DNA of 64,000 nucleotides from Tubiluchus corallicola (taxonomy: Eukaryota; Animalia; Priapulida), in assembly GCA_030141605.1 (NCBI GenBank), contig JAQGDQ010000001.1, forward strand, positions 2,790,001-2,854,000, given 5' to 3'. This document shows positions 27,001 through 49,896 of the stretch, one piece after another. The notes beneath the pieces were generated by a model. It did no database searches, was not told the DNA's origin, and saw only the letters and a list, made by a program, of their open reading frames with translations. The translations under genes were made by a program, and so were the position numbers. Numbering within the stretch: position 1 is the stretch's first letter; each line of letters begins with the position of its first letter.

Positions 27001-30000
27001 AACTTCATTAGATAAATTAGTTGGTGATATAGAAGAGAACATGCTTGAATCATGTGAATGCAAAAATACTTGGATAAGGTTATCAATAACAAAAAGTAAT
27101 GCAGAAAAGTGAACAAGATTATTGTGATACAGATTACTGCACAAACATGTACAAATTTATAGTAATTATCTGTATAAGTATTGAGCAGCAATGACATATC
27201 TCTGTAAGTCATACATTCACTGAGAAAGACAACAGCTGCAAGAATAAAAATCGTAACACATTTAAATGATCAGCCAAATGTAGGAATTTCTATGCCTATG
27301 TGCCACAAACAGAAGCAACTGTCATAACTGCAGACTACTATTTCGGCACTGTCATGGTTTAGGCTGACAAGCACAACGTTCCAATTCTGATATTCTCCAA
27401 TTTAACAACCTGGCAAGGTAATTACAGGGAGGGTTACATTCACTAACCTGTAATCTCCTTGAAAGACAACACTAGAGTAGACTGATAAATGTTACTCAAG
27501 CCATTATTAACCATCATTTCATTACCCACAATATTAACTATTCAACAAAAAAGTCATATATAATGATGAAACTGTAATACTCAAAATTTATTGTCTTCTT
27601 CCTGCTATGGTGCAAGAGCTTAGATAATGCACGTGTACCCTGAACACTTAAATCACCTTCATGAAGACAGCAAATTACGAAACTGTTATTTACAAGAACC
27701 TAGGAACACCACTCTGCAAGCCTGCGTGATTCTAGTTTACTAACTTACTTACCAGTACATAAAAACTGCTTAATGCTCTCAGTACTTCGAAGGCAAACAC
27801 CTGTAACAACAAAAATCACTTTAATAACTACAACTCTATAGTAAAACGTGACATAACTAAATAACCAAAACTTAAACTAATGAAAGGAAATGGTTAAGTA
27901 AATATATAAAAAAAGTTTTTATACATAAAGTAAATTAGAACATTATTAATTATGGCAAATACTGTCCTACTCAAAAAATACACTTATCTACCCATTTACC
28001 ACAAAGTGAACCTCTCAGTCACAGCAAAAACAGTTTCTGGTGTTGGAAATATAGTTATACGTATATATCTATATAATGTGGTACTATGATATCTTTAGAG
28101 TAGCAGGCAACAATATTAGCTTTAGCAGTTATCATGCTTATTTACCTGAAGCTGGATATTCCATAATATCTGCATCCAACACTAATACCTCTAATGTACG
28201 TATCTCTGAAAATGACTTGTCCAAAACTCTAATTTTATTTTCAGAGATGTCCAGCATCTTTAAACGCTTCATTTTATTGAATGTAGAAGGCAGACATTGT
28301 AACGAATTTCCTGCAAACAAAAACACCAGTGCTACAACTATCTTTTTAGTTTAACATAGAAATAATGGTCACTTATGAAAACTGAGTTTAGTTTAAGGCA
28401 AAATAAAGGACTGAAACTTCAGTTACAGAGTGGCCTATAAAAACCTTGGTGGTAATAATTACCACACTCACAGTGACATTAAATATAGTAGATTACCTTA
28501 AAAACAAGATATACACTAAAAATGTGAACAATTCACTATCATTTGCCTTGCAAAAGTTAAAACACAATAAAAATACAAAGTGTTGTATAATTGTTTTGGT
28601 GTTTCACAAGCCATCTGGTAATGTGAACTGATCTGTTTTATCAGACAGAAAGATGTAACGAAAAATTTTACTTGCACACCATTCTTATGACAGCCTATAA
28701 CTGTGGTCAATTTTGATTGTTATATTATATTATATTATATTTCATTATATTCATTTCATTTCATTATATTCATTTCATTTCATTATTTCATTATATTCAA
28801 CAACATCAAAAACACGTATGTAGATGCAAAACTTATTAACAGACTGACTTCACTGTAGAGGTACCACAAAAAAAAATCATTTTTTTTGGTAGCAAGTGTC
28901 CACAAGTTGAATTTATGAACCAAGAAGATATTCCTTTAAATTTTTCGTACATGTCTTTTTATTGCTAGCAATGGCAGTCATCATTTGAATTGAGGTTGTT
29001 GCAGAATTATATCACTTTACAAATGCTTGCTTACTGAATTATTTCTCATAAACTATGCAAATACCTGTTTGATGTTATTATTAAAGTACCTTTAACATTT
29101 AGTTTTTGAAGATGCTGCAGCTGACTAAGGCTATCTGGCAATGAACACAGTCGATTATTTTGCACATTTAACACCTAGAAAACAAGCCAAATTAAAAAAC
29201 TTAAATACGTAATTATTAAACAATGCAAAAGAAGATTATCAACATATCCAGCATTTTCATCCACTTTGTATTAATTTGAAACAATTAAAAACAGATTTGT
29301 AATAAAACACCACAAAGCCGAAAAAAGTATTTTGCTACAGAACCAACCTCTTTTACAGAAATTAACAAGATAGTTTTCTCATAACATTTTGAAAGCACAA
29401 TCATGTTTATGTGTTTTATAATTCAAGTTAAATCATTGTATAACGTAATGCAATAGCCAAAACACATTGCTAGAACACATGAGAAAATTAATTAAACTTA
29501 ATTTAACTAGCAAAAAGTAGTAACTACAACTTTGAACTCAGCTTTGAAGCTACGGACTCAGCTTTGTTGCTGGGTGTACCTCATTTGCCCATGTGCATAT
29601 TGTTGTGGGCGGTTTGTAGAACAATTGAGTATTTTCTAAAAAGATACTTGAAATACTACAAAATTATTTGGACTGATCTGTAACCATAGCCACCTTTCTG
29701 TAATGTTTCGGAATCGCCTTTAGTTATATAAGACTGTTTACAGGGTGATATAGGACAGATTGACTGGCTGGTATGTGTAATGTTTTTTATTGTTTGAATT
29801 TTGACTTTCATATGCGTATGCGTTTTAAATAACTGCCATTAATATACTGTTTATTCCTTATGCACTGTAATAATTATATTAATTATTGTTTGCGTAATGT
29901 GCCCTTTATTTTTATTTTGTGGAGTCAACGGCCTCCGCGTTCTGATATAATTTTTTAAGTTTTTCAATAATATTTGCTTTGTTGGTAAAGAATTTAACCT

Positions 30001-32629
30001 TACTTTTTCTTCGCTTTCTTTCTCAAAAAGGGATCTACTTTATTCTGTCCTGATACTTAACGTATAAGAAAACATACACAACAATTTCATCAGTGCATAA
30101 CATTTGAAATGTTTGGTTTTTCATGTCAAAGAAACATTACAAGTGCTTAAGCATAAATCCAGCAAAATATAAACTATTCATTACAAAACAACCAAAAATA
30201 AATAAAATATAAAGTTACAGTCAACCCAAAGTGAGCAGAAATATGTGACTCACAAGATTTACCTCTAAAGAAGAGAGTTTACTTATTTGTTCTGGTAGTG
30301 ATGACAGGCAATTATTATGAACATCTAGTACCTGTAAAATGTAAACAATGTTATTAAATGCAACAATTCCATCAATAAATACCACTTTACTGGCAATATA
30401 TTCGTTACTTACAGAAGCAAGATGTCAATTCTTTGTGTCATTTGTAGTAAACCTTTTAATTTTTATGTGATTACAAATAACTCTAATGGCTGACAATAAT
30501 CACGTAATTATAGTTTTAATACTTAAATTTTGTTAGTCTATGTTGCAGTATTTATTCACAAAACAAGCTGATGTTTATCTAAAAGGATAGTTATTCACAT
30601 TTGTTGATGTTTATTTAATTTATTATTGCCAAAATAATAAATCAAATACCAAATTTATCAGTAGAGGTATCTTGCAAATGTTGAAAAACTTAATTCTAAT
30701 CGTGAATAAAATGTTGTGCTAACAATTTACATGTCAAGATAAATTAATGCAAAACTGCTACAAAAATTAAAAATACCAGGAAATAGTTTCCCTAAAAACA
30801 CACTAAAGCAAACATCAAAAACAAATACGTGATATAAAATTAACTCAAAATCAATAAAAATACATAAACAAAAAAGCAGAAATTCTTTTACCAGTATGCT
30901 AATTTACTAATGTTATTTTTATGGCTATTAAATAATTTATAAGTCTATTAATAGCCTGTTACTATAAAAATGATTAGAAAAAGTGTAAAAGTAGCTTTTT
31001 AAAAACATTGACATTTTAAAATACGTACCCGTAACATCGACAAGTCATTCAGCTTCCCACCACCGGTCAATGATTTCAGCTCGTTATCACATATCAGCAA
31101 ACTCTGCAAAATAAAACAGAACTTTAAATTTGCACTTATAAATATAAAAGGAAAAACTGTAAAATAAACCAAAATAAATCTTTAATTTATTTTAGTTTAC
31201 AATAGGGCCAGGACAGAGCTAAGTACCTTCACAAGTTACTGCCTACTACGCTTAACAAAGAAAACAATTATACTACTATGACAAAGAAAATAATTATACT
31301 ACTATGGCACTCACCTCTTTCCGAAGCACCTTACATAAAGAAAAAACGCCTTCAGGAACATCACTTAGATTACATGCCGCAATATCAAAAACTGGTCCTG
31401 GTTTTTCTTGAGCCTAAAGTAAACCTTGCTGTATTAAAAGTCTATGCAGAACAACAAATAGATTATATGAAGCTTCGAATATTTTTTATATTCGGATAAT
31501 AGATTACAATTCAATTAACCAATGTACACTATATTGACCACATGTTGAATGTCATCCGTTCATTTGCAGAAGCGAAAAACGTTGACACTGACAAGCATCA
31601 TTGTCCCAATAAAAATAAATTGGCCTTATATAATGCTGTATAGCAGAAAAACAATTATTTCACTGTCAGGACATTTCACTTCTCAGGTAACTCACTAGGA
31701 ACTCAGGTCAACTAATACCATACACATTTACTCGAGGTTATCGTTATGGTATCAAAGAGCTTCGTATGGGAACACTTTGACAAAATTAATTCAAACATAT
31801 AGTGGCCTGTTCAAATGTACAAAAACTTAAGTGATCAAAAATCAACAAACTCGACATTAAATCATTCACACGTACAGCTCATTTACAAGTTTGTAGTGCA
31901 GTAGTTAGTGATACAGTTCAGTCCAGACTCCAAACAAAAGTGCGGGTACAGGCAAATTTAACTTGCTGCTCATCATAGTTGCGTCTCAACAATTAGCAAC
32001 TAGTTTAGCCAATACAGTAATGGTTGCATAAAAGAATTCATTCAATACAGCTGTATTAATCTTTATCTATTTCCATCCATTGCAAATTATCGTTATGAGG
32101 GTGAACGAAGCACATTTTCCAGGGTAGAACTAGAATAATCTATTATTTGAACAATTATTTCTGGAATAATAAATTATGCCAAATTCTCACCTGTACTAAT
32201 CATTGGCTAACTTATATTAGAAAAGTTACAGCATCTTAGTCAGCAAGAAAGAGTATAAGAAAGCAGAAACACAACATGCCAGAATGACAGATGTCTTCTT
32301 GATTATTACAAAAAATCACGTAAACAGGTAAACTATCATACTTATTATATGTTATATTTCAAGGTACTGTCAGCTTGTCCACCTCATAAACTCGTTTATA
32401 TGTTAATGAATGGTGCACCTGCCCTTTGAAACTACTGAAAATTCTATAAAAGAATTTAGTGAAAGACAGATGATTTACCTGTAGATAAAGCATTCAAAAA
32501 GTAAAAATGACCATATTAAAAATAAAATATATTCTTAATACTTCAACAATTTACCAAGTAAAGTTTATGCGCCAGTTTTTGCTTATCATTCTCAGTCTCC
32601 TTTTGCTTCTTCTTTCGGAATAGAGGCAT
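18024..32629 (-). CDS. LRSAM1: E3 ubiquitin ligase LRSAM1/Tal (LRR, coiled coil, SAM, PSAP, C3HC4 RING), about 739 aa, 20 coding exons
   Basis: Exons 32555-32629, 31315-31413, 31029-31103, 30263-30331, 29090-29174, 28146-28310, 27753-27800, 26848-26957, 26497-26526, 26070-26192, 25658-25745, 25456-25552, 25035-25205, 24402-24564, 23749-23829, 23420-23515, 21297-21395, 20767-20898, 18788-19075, 18024-18149 (GT-AG, 2220 nt, phase-consistent). Features: MPLFRKKK start, LRRs ([16 protein letters not shown]), [18 protein letters not shown] ([11 protein letters not shown]), PPSAPP, RING CVVC...[10 protein letters not shown]...CPLC. Confidence 0.93.
19654..20007. mobile_element. MITE remnant with 20-bp terminal inverted repeats
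   Basis: Left GGGATCATCCACATATAACG versus reverse complement of right GGGACCATCCATATATAATG (17/20 identical). No target duplication is preserved. Confidence 0.6.
21759..21840 (+). mobile_element. tRNA-derived SINE head or tRNA pseudogene
   Basis: A-box-like TAGCGGTGATGG, anticodon-arm-like CCTTGCAAATGG, and B-box GGGTTCAAAAC at tRNA spacing; the acceptor stem is not intact. Confidence 0.55.
22242..22320. repeat. Short inverted repeat (mini-MITE-like hairpin)
   Basis: TGCTTTTGGAAGCAAACCGAT ... ATCGGTTTGCCGGACAAAAGCA. Confidence 0.55.
23100..23400 (-). mobile_element. Penelope-like retroelement remnant (GIY-YIG endonuclease) with an internal tandem duplication of about 75 bp
   Basis: Minus-strand translation [34 protein letters not shown] resembles the PLE motif (S.VVY...C..C...YIGQT.R.L..R..EH); a second copy reads [23 protein letters not shown]. 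Confidence 0.8.
28720..28798. repeat. Pentanucleotide microsatellite (ATTAT/ATTTC)n
   Basis: Directly visible. Confidence 0.85.
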
Positions 32630-34152
32630 ATCTAGGACTGAAGATGAAGAACCCATTAAATGGATTAAAAGAAGCAGGAGCAGCAGAGCTTTTTATTCCA
32701 CTTCTTATGCATATCTAGTTTGTCATTGGCATGTTTACTGCTGATGCAAAATGAGACAAACAAAAACTGTAAAATGATCTGACAACGGCCTCTGACACTT
32801 GTTCTTTTGCAGTTGAAATGTGCGATATTATTCATAAAGTCCTGAAAGAAACAAGAAAGACATCGCACAATTTGATGACACAAAAATGATGACAAATGTG
32901 ACAAAGATGACAACTTTGTCCAATAAAGTCAATGACAGTCAAAAAGTCTGATGTGGCCATTTTAAAATACAACACTCAACAAGCACATAAATTTCCAAAA
33001 GTTATTTCATTATTTTTGATTAGTTATCGTCTGCACTGCATGCGAAATATTTATAAACAGAATTGAGTTGGGGTGGCTGATACGATAACACATGTTTTTC
33101 GCCACCCCTTCCCACTTGATTGGCTATTATAATTATGCTACTAAGCTTTAATCGATGTTGTATGCGAGAAAAACAATAAATGATTTGATTTATTAGAGCA
33201 GAAGAAAAGAATCATTTTCATTGTAAATTATTGATCATGAATAAAATAAGATAGGCCTACATGTAAGTGTAGATAAGTTTCTCAGCCCCGCTTACTTTAC
33301 CTCACTGGAAAGGTAAGCACTTTATAACAGCTTGAGCTCTTTTAAATACATCCGGTTTTGAATAATAGACGAGATTCACATTTGGAAAATTCATTTCAGT
33401 CATCAGCAACCTAACATTATAAGACGCAAAAGTAATACTACAAAAATGACAATAACTATGAAGCACTATTCGCCACGAGAAACAATCGTACTTGCTACAC
33501 AGAACGACGTAAACGCCTTACATAACTCGCCTTTCCAATTTCCAGTCAATTTCGCGATTCGGAGTCCGACTACAGTCACGCGTACTATGGGAAATCTGTA
33601 AGAAAGTTTTATTTAGTTTGTTTTTATTTTACATCACCACACTTGCACACCAACTATATTAAAGCAGGGTGAATATTTACTTATTATAGTTTATTACGGT
33701 GCATTTTATATTTTCATCACAAAACAGCAAAACGTTAACAACTAAAATGCAGCTGATAATACTGAAAAGCCATACAAATGGACTGTAACAGGTCTATAAT
33801 GTAGGGAGCCGAGTAACCCATTAGCCCAAGTAGGACACTTCCGGTAAAAATCATTTGCTAAAAGTAGTGTCCTGCATGGGCACCCCAAGTAAGACACTAG
33901 CAATTTTTGTCGGGAATCGGTAATTTTGTCAAATTTTTAAAAGTTCTGTGAAATTTCTTCATTTTATTAAAATTGTGCTTGTTGGTTGAGTTGTCGTCAG
34001 TTTGGCGTTATGAAAACTTGCTTGACCAGGTGTTTAACTCAGCTTGCAGTACGCAGGTATTGTTTTGCGATGACTTTTGTAACTCGTTCACTGAAAGAGA
34101 GTTTGTTTGGTAACAAAGCAGCTCATTTAGCACTCTAGCATTGTTCAGCAGT

Positions 34153-34800
<648 letters not shown>

Positions 34801-35929
34801 TCTTTTAGAAATGGATATTCCTTGGCAATTTACAAATGCATTTTTTACAATAATTTCGTCATTATGATTAGCTCCATTAATATCATCATAACATTAAACC
34901 TAATATCTAATGTTTTAAAGAGAGAAACTCTGCACACAGTTATTACGGAAATAATTGCAAATTTAAAAATGAGACAGATGCTGCTAAGCCTTCACAACAC
35001 CAAAAAGTAATTTTTAACATTTAGGAAAAGCAAGGTTAATTAGTTTTAATATTATCAGTAGTATTGTAACATGTAGGGCACTGTCCTACATGGCTCGCTA
35101 GCCCATGTAGGACACATAGATCGCTAGAACGTTTACTTATAAGAAAACAATCATTTGCCCAAGAGGTCGTGAAACGGATCACCTGTTTGTGAAGTGAGAC
35201 AAAATCAAAAATGATATACCTTAAACAAATGTTGAATTCGCAAAAAAGTGGTTTTTTTCACTTCAACAACATTAATATCGAAACCAAATTTAATATTGTC
35301 CGTTCTACCAGCTCAGAATAAAATTCTTTTATTTTATTAGATGTATGATAAATTATTCAACGTGTACTAACGTTTTTAATTACTATTATTACATAAACAA
35401 GGACAACGGACGGTGTCAGTACACTTAACGACTCAATTCGCGACCTGTCTCTAGTGTCCTACTTGGGCAGCCCATGTACGCCGCCACCTACTTGGGCTAG
35501 CACATGTACGCCGCGTCCTAGCCCAAGTACGCCAATTGGTCTACTTGGGCTAGTGGATTACTCGGCTCCCTACATAAATCACTATGACAGACGACAAACA
35601 AGCGTACAAGAGATCAGCAGAGAAAATATAAACATTTGCAGTATGAAGTATACCTAATTGCAAAAGCTCAAAAAACAGTACATGAAACCATACAGAAAAC
35701 TATGCTTTCCAGATCTCCTTTACCATCACCAGATGAACCTTAAAGATGGTCTGCAAGACACGTTGCTGGTTTAACTGCACACAATCGCATGTGTATGTGC
35801 CTTCAAAATGCTGAGTATATTATAAAGGCTCAGTTATCTATGTTTCCATATCTCTGGTAAATTGTTATAGAGAAAAATTGGTTTTGAGTGGCGTTTATGT
35901 AGCATGCAGATTGCGAATGCAGATGTGTT

Positions 35930-36340
35930 TTCCACTTATGGAACAACCTGCAGAAAAAAAACAATAGGAAATACGCACAGAAATACGTAGGCTGCATAAA
36001 AAACGCGTGCATTAAAAACAATATAAACCGATTTTATCTATTCCACAACCCCAAACGCATCCGCATCCACTTCAGACAGTGACTAACGATCTCAATTAAC
36101 CCATGTGTGATTCTTGTGTGAATTTTGCGATCTCCTATGTTTCAAAATTAGATTAAAGTGGCGCTTCCCTAGCATCCAGAATGCGTTAGTTATGCATTAT
36201 CCACTTGCGGAATATAGGTAGAAAAAACATAATAGGAAATAATTCCAGAAAAAAATAATGCATAATGCAGGTCTGATAAACGGGTGCATTGAATACAATA
36301 TAAACCGTCTTTATCTATTATGCATCCGTATTCCACACGC
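35930..36340. repeat. Diverged direct duplication of about 130 bp
   Basis: GTGCATTAAAAACAATATAAACCGATTTTATCTATT (about 36007) and GTGCATTGAATACAATATAAACCGTCTTTATCTATT (about 36284), each preceded by CCACTT...AATAGGAAATA. Confidence 0.7.
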
Positions 36341-37316
36341 CAGGTAAACGCTACTTAATAATTACTTTATCTGATTGGTCTTCATTTTGTGGCGAGCCAT
36401 AAAAATCAGCTGCCACTCTCCTTCTTTTATACGTTAATTTTTAGTTTTGTTTTAGCCACTATTTGCAATGAAACCAACGTTATAATTTTTGCAGTTCATA
36501 ACAACGGTTCTTCTTTACAGAGTACATCGTGCTAATAATTCTTTGCAGTGGTTTGACAATGGTTAGCGTTCTTCTGAAATGCTTAAAATGTTTGACTAAT
36601 TTGATTGTTGATATAGTGTGATATTTTAAAATCGCTTTTTGATCTCTGATATATTTGCTGGTTTGATGTGATTAAGCTAGTCTATATGATGGACCTAACT
36701 TTTGCTTATGCTAACATTGCTTTAATTTATCGTTGTTGATTTGTTGAAGTTTATATTAACTTATTATAAAGTATAATGGCAAAATGATTTGATTGGTGTG
36801 TCTTTTCTCTTTGTTGGATAATTATACTTTTATTTTGAAAGCGAATATTGAAAGTACAATCAAATGACATAAAGTGCCTATATGCCTTGATAGTAATATT
36901 ATTACATTTCACATTTCACACCCAAAATAGCTTCTTCTGTGAGCAGGCATAATAGTTTGGCCTACTGCATGATTACTCTCCCAACTGACAGGCTATAACT
37001 CGTAACAAACGAATTTAATAATTTTTATTCAGCCTCTCCACAGTTGCTAAATTCCCATGAAATTTCAAGCAGCGGCTTTAAATTTGAATATCCGCAAAAT
37101 ATTGACATCAATAAAAATACCGCCACACTGGAACAATGTGGCGTCATCCATGGAACAAGTTAGTGAAACACAACATCTATTAATTTCCTCATTAAAAGAT
37201 CAGTCTTTGTCAATTTAGTGTCTTCGCTGTCTTCGTAAAGGTGTGAAGAGGCGGCAAAGCTTGTTATAGTAATTGCATGCAGCATTATACACCGTCCGTC
37301 CCATGTCAGGAATCAA

Positions 37317-37532
37317 CCAATCAATCACTGTATCGGTGGGGAGTCCTGGCTGTTTTAATTATGTGTCCGACTCATTGAATGTATTATTTAACTTCTTCAC
37401 TGACGAAGCTTCCAATTTTTGAGATGTAAACATAAACGCCTTTGTCAACGCCGAATATTAGAGAGCTGAAGCCTGAAGCCTGAAGCGTTGGAGCACCCTC
37501 CGCCCTTCGCCATATCAATACGCATGACGTCA
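37317..37532 (+). promoter_or_regulatory. Putative Sp-gene proximal promoter: CCAAT, (GCCTGAA)-type triple repeat, GC box, CRE
   Basis: CCAAT 37317-37321; GCTGAAGCCTGAAGCCTGAAGC about 37465-37486; CCCTCCGCCC 37496-37505; TGACGTCA 37525-37532; all 270-480 bp upstream of the ATG. Confidence 0.55.
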
Positions 37533-37799
37533 CCTTTACTGCTAACGTTTTTACGGTCTTGATGCTTTCGTAGTTTGTTTTACATTACAGCTTATAATCT
37601 GCTTTATGTTTTGTTGCATAAAGGCAGCATTTGTATGTGCATAAATTATTAGTACACGTTTGAAAATGCAAGCATTATAATGGGTGTGGCGAACTATTTT
37701 TAAGTAACATACGGTGAGCGGTGATTAAACGCAGTTGCCATTTGCTGAAAAAGAAACGGAGGTCGTGGCTATTACAGAGAAAGACTAGTATTTTTTAAA

Positions 37800-46512
<8,713 letters not shown>

Positions 46513-47925
46513 TACTAAATATTTATTAATACTTTGCTCACACTGTCCAGGCTAATTAAGTAGTTAATCAGTTAGCTGGTAACTCAGTAAGCTGAATTAT
46601 TTAGTCAGTTTGTTAGTGTACAGAGACTACAGTACTATTGTTTAATTCTTATGTTGACAATAAATTTTATGTATATGATGAATCATGTAATAAATTTTGC
46701 AATTATTATTACTATGTATGTCATACAGACTGAATCACTATTTCATTTTTTGGCTATAAGTTTTTATCATGCATCGCCTGCTCTGTAATATTTTCTAATC
46801 ATGCACAAGTGTCTTGAAACTTGTCTGTCTCACTTTAATTATTTTGTGAATCACTTGTAACTTGTTTTTGTTTCTAAGAATTATGACATTTTAAATAAGA
46901 TGCTCAGTTGTTGAATTGATGATCGATGACATAAATTGACTTGACCAGATTTTTTTATTGAACTGATATTAAAATTATTAGAATACAGAAATATATCACG
47001 CTGTCTATATAGTTTGGAAGGGACTTGATAGAAAAAAGGTTGAACTTCAAAATTTTTTGTGTTCTAATTATGCAGCAAGTCTAACTGTTTATGAGTTCTA
47101 AGGAATATAGATTATTTTTTGTACTATTGTTTGTGAAACGAAACCAAATTCGTTATAAATATTGTACTGTACATATTGTTGTTTGTCTCTCTCTGTGATT
47201 TGTGTACATAGTGCATAGAATTTTCTGTACATATTTTAATATAATTACTATTATTTAGTTATTAATATTAGTATGTACACATTATACAGCAATAATGTTT
47301 TATCTGTATACTACATATAGCATAATGTCTTGTATTTTTGTTGTTTTAGTGAGTTTATCAAATTTCAATGTAAAATTTATTAGTGACATAGTGATGACCT
47401 TGGTGAAAAACACATTTGAGCACAATACCTTATTTTTCTAATTATTAGTTGCTTTGCAGCTTATTCAAATTGCAATTTACTTGGCTAGCAAATTTACCTG
47501 ATGCAGTTGGGAATTTTGCACCCTGGAAATGGCTTCAGGCCTCTTTTGAGCCTATCGATGGAGTTCATGTTAAGTCCGTAAAACAAGCAACATAAAAATG
47601 ACACGCAGGTTAGCTAATCAGCAGTCAAAGTATCACACGAAGTTGGCTCAACCAGCTCAGTTACTTATGGTCAAAGCTATTGATTTCTTAATTACAAAAG
47701 AAAGTCATTTTGTATAATAAAAGTTTTCAATTTATTTTAAAGAGTAATTTTTGTGAGCTTAACACAAGCTCATTAATAGAGCAAAAAGTTGCAACTTTTA
47801 CTGTGATTGATTGGATGCAGTGAATTAGCATCAGTCAGTTCAATAATAATTTTAGTAAATGGGGATCCCGCCATTGTAACAGCATGTACAGAATAGTAAG
47901 TTTTCTCACCAAGTAACGCAGACGT

Positions 47926-48147
47926 GTTCAGACTAGAGAGTAAATCTTGCTGCGAGTTATTCTTCGACAGTAAGCGTGAGCTGACACTCCCTTCTGTATT
48001 CACTGTGAGCAGTGGCGAGAGTAACTCGCCGAGCCATTCACATTAGATAGTAACTGTAGAGAGTTTGCAATAACTTGCCGACAATAAGTCGCAATGCAAT
48101 TAATGCTTGTGAGTTTGCTGTCAAAGAGAAAACTCGCTAGTCTGAAC
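47926..48147. mobile_element. Small MITE remnant (Harbinger-like)
   Basis: GTTCAGACTAGAGAGT ... ACTCGCTAGTCTGAAC inverted repeat (15/16) with internal GCGAG/CTCGC motifs. Confidence 0.6.
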
Positions 48148-48706
48148 TTGCTGTAAATGATACTGGCAGGAGTCTGTGGTTAGACTAGATTAATCGCAGA
48201 GCAGTTTCAAATTTGATTATTAGAGTAAAGTAAAAGCTACCCTGAAATAACATAATGCATACTTCTCATTTCCTTTGTGGTCCTATTACTTTGTGCATAA
48301 GCTGGTGACTTTAGTTATAAAATGTAATATACTGAGTAAACATAAAATGGTGCACTATGAAAGCTAATAATGGCGATTTTCTCAAACCTAACTACTGTAG
48401 AATGAATTTGCGCACTATTATTTTCAATAGTCGTACTAGGATTTTATTTATAGCATAAGCGTTTTGTCAAAGATTTGCAAAGTTCAATACAAGATTTTTC
48501 AGAAAACTGGAAGCAGTTTTCTTTTCTATAACTATTCTCCCACTATCTTACTATGGCAGGAGTGCATTCAAGACAGAGTATAGTTATGCTTATACTGCGA
48601 TTTTTGTATCAGTATACTATATCTTAACATTTGTCTATGTAAATAACTTTACACGCAGCCTATTGTAATTTTTTCGGTTTATGTAGTGTTTAACGTGTAT
48701 TGCTTT

Positions 48707-49465
48707 TGTTGGGAGCCGAGTGGACCACTGCGCCAAGTAGACCACTTGATGCGCTAAAAGTAGTGTCCTACATGGGCAGCCCAAGTAGGACACTAGCGAT
48801 TTTTGTCGAGAATCGGTAATTTTGCCAAATTTTTGAAAATTCTGTGAAAGTTTCTTCATTTTATTATTTACAGAAATAATTGCAAATTTAAAAATAAGAC
48901 AGATGCTGCTAAGCCTTCACAACACCAAAAAGTAATTTTTAACATTTAAGAAAAGCAAGGATAATTAGTTTAACACTAAGAAAAGCAAGGATAACAAGTG
49001 TAACATGTAGGGCACTGTCCTACATGGCTCGCTAGCCCATGTAGGACACATAGATTGCTAGAACGTTTACTTATAAGAAAACAATTATTTGCCCAAGAGG
49101 TAGTGAAACGGATCACCTGTTTGTGAAGTGAGACAAAATCAAAAATGATATACCCGGTACCTTAAACAAATTTTGTATTCGCAAAAAAGTGGTTTTTTTC
49201 ACTTCAACAACATTAATATCGAAACCAAATTTAATATTGTCCGTTCTACCAGCTCAGAATAAAATTCTTTTATTTTATTAGATGTATAATAAATTATTCA
49301 ACGTGTACTAACGTTTTTAATTATTATTATTACATAAACAAGCACAACGGACGGTGTCAGTACACTTAACGACTCAATTCGCGGACCTGTCTCTAGTGTC
49401 CTACTTGGGCAGCCCAAGTAGACCAATTGGTCTACTTGGCGCAGTGGTCCACTCGGCTCCCAACA
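48707..49465 (+). mobile_element. TIR DNA transposon, internally deleted copy (759 bp) with a 5-bp target duplication
   Basis: Perfect 38-bp TIRs TGTTGGGAGCCGAGTGGACCACTGCGCCAAGTAGACCA; flanked by GCTTT on both sides (48702-48706 and 49466-49470); the body matches 33856-33969 and 34940-35470. Confidence 0.93.
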
Positions 49466-49865
49466 GCTTTGCCAGTGTACGTTGTATGTATTTGTGTAAA
49501 TAAAACGGAATTGAATTGAATTGGATTGAATATTAATTGCAAATTGCCTACGTTCCTAGCCCATACACATTTCAGTGTTACATTGAATTAAGTATATTAT
49601 TTTGTAAATCTTGCTAATTTATTTTTGGCTTAATTGAGTTCTTGGCACGCCAAAGTTAAAACTGGTCCTAATTTACTTAGGATTGCTTTATCTTATTACT
49701 GTAGCTTACAAGAGCAAGCGATCAAAGGAGATATGTAATTTTGCAAATAAAATATCAAAATAAGTGCTTTCAGTTTCACAGATCTATAATAGATTCAATA
49801 ACCGTGGTGTGCTCGTCGGAAATCTAACTTTCTGTGCACAGACTGGTCGTTCACCAAACTTCAAA

Positions 49866-49873
49866 TCACGTGA
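49866..49873. promoter_or_regulatory. CLEAR/E-box motif TCACGTGA just upstream of the IER3IP1 start
   Basis: Palindromic TCACGTGA 23 nt before the ATG; a full GTCACGTGAC also occurs at 51450-51459. Confidence 0.5.
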
Positions 49874-49896
49874 GGTTGGAGTCACAGTCAGATGAC

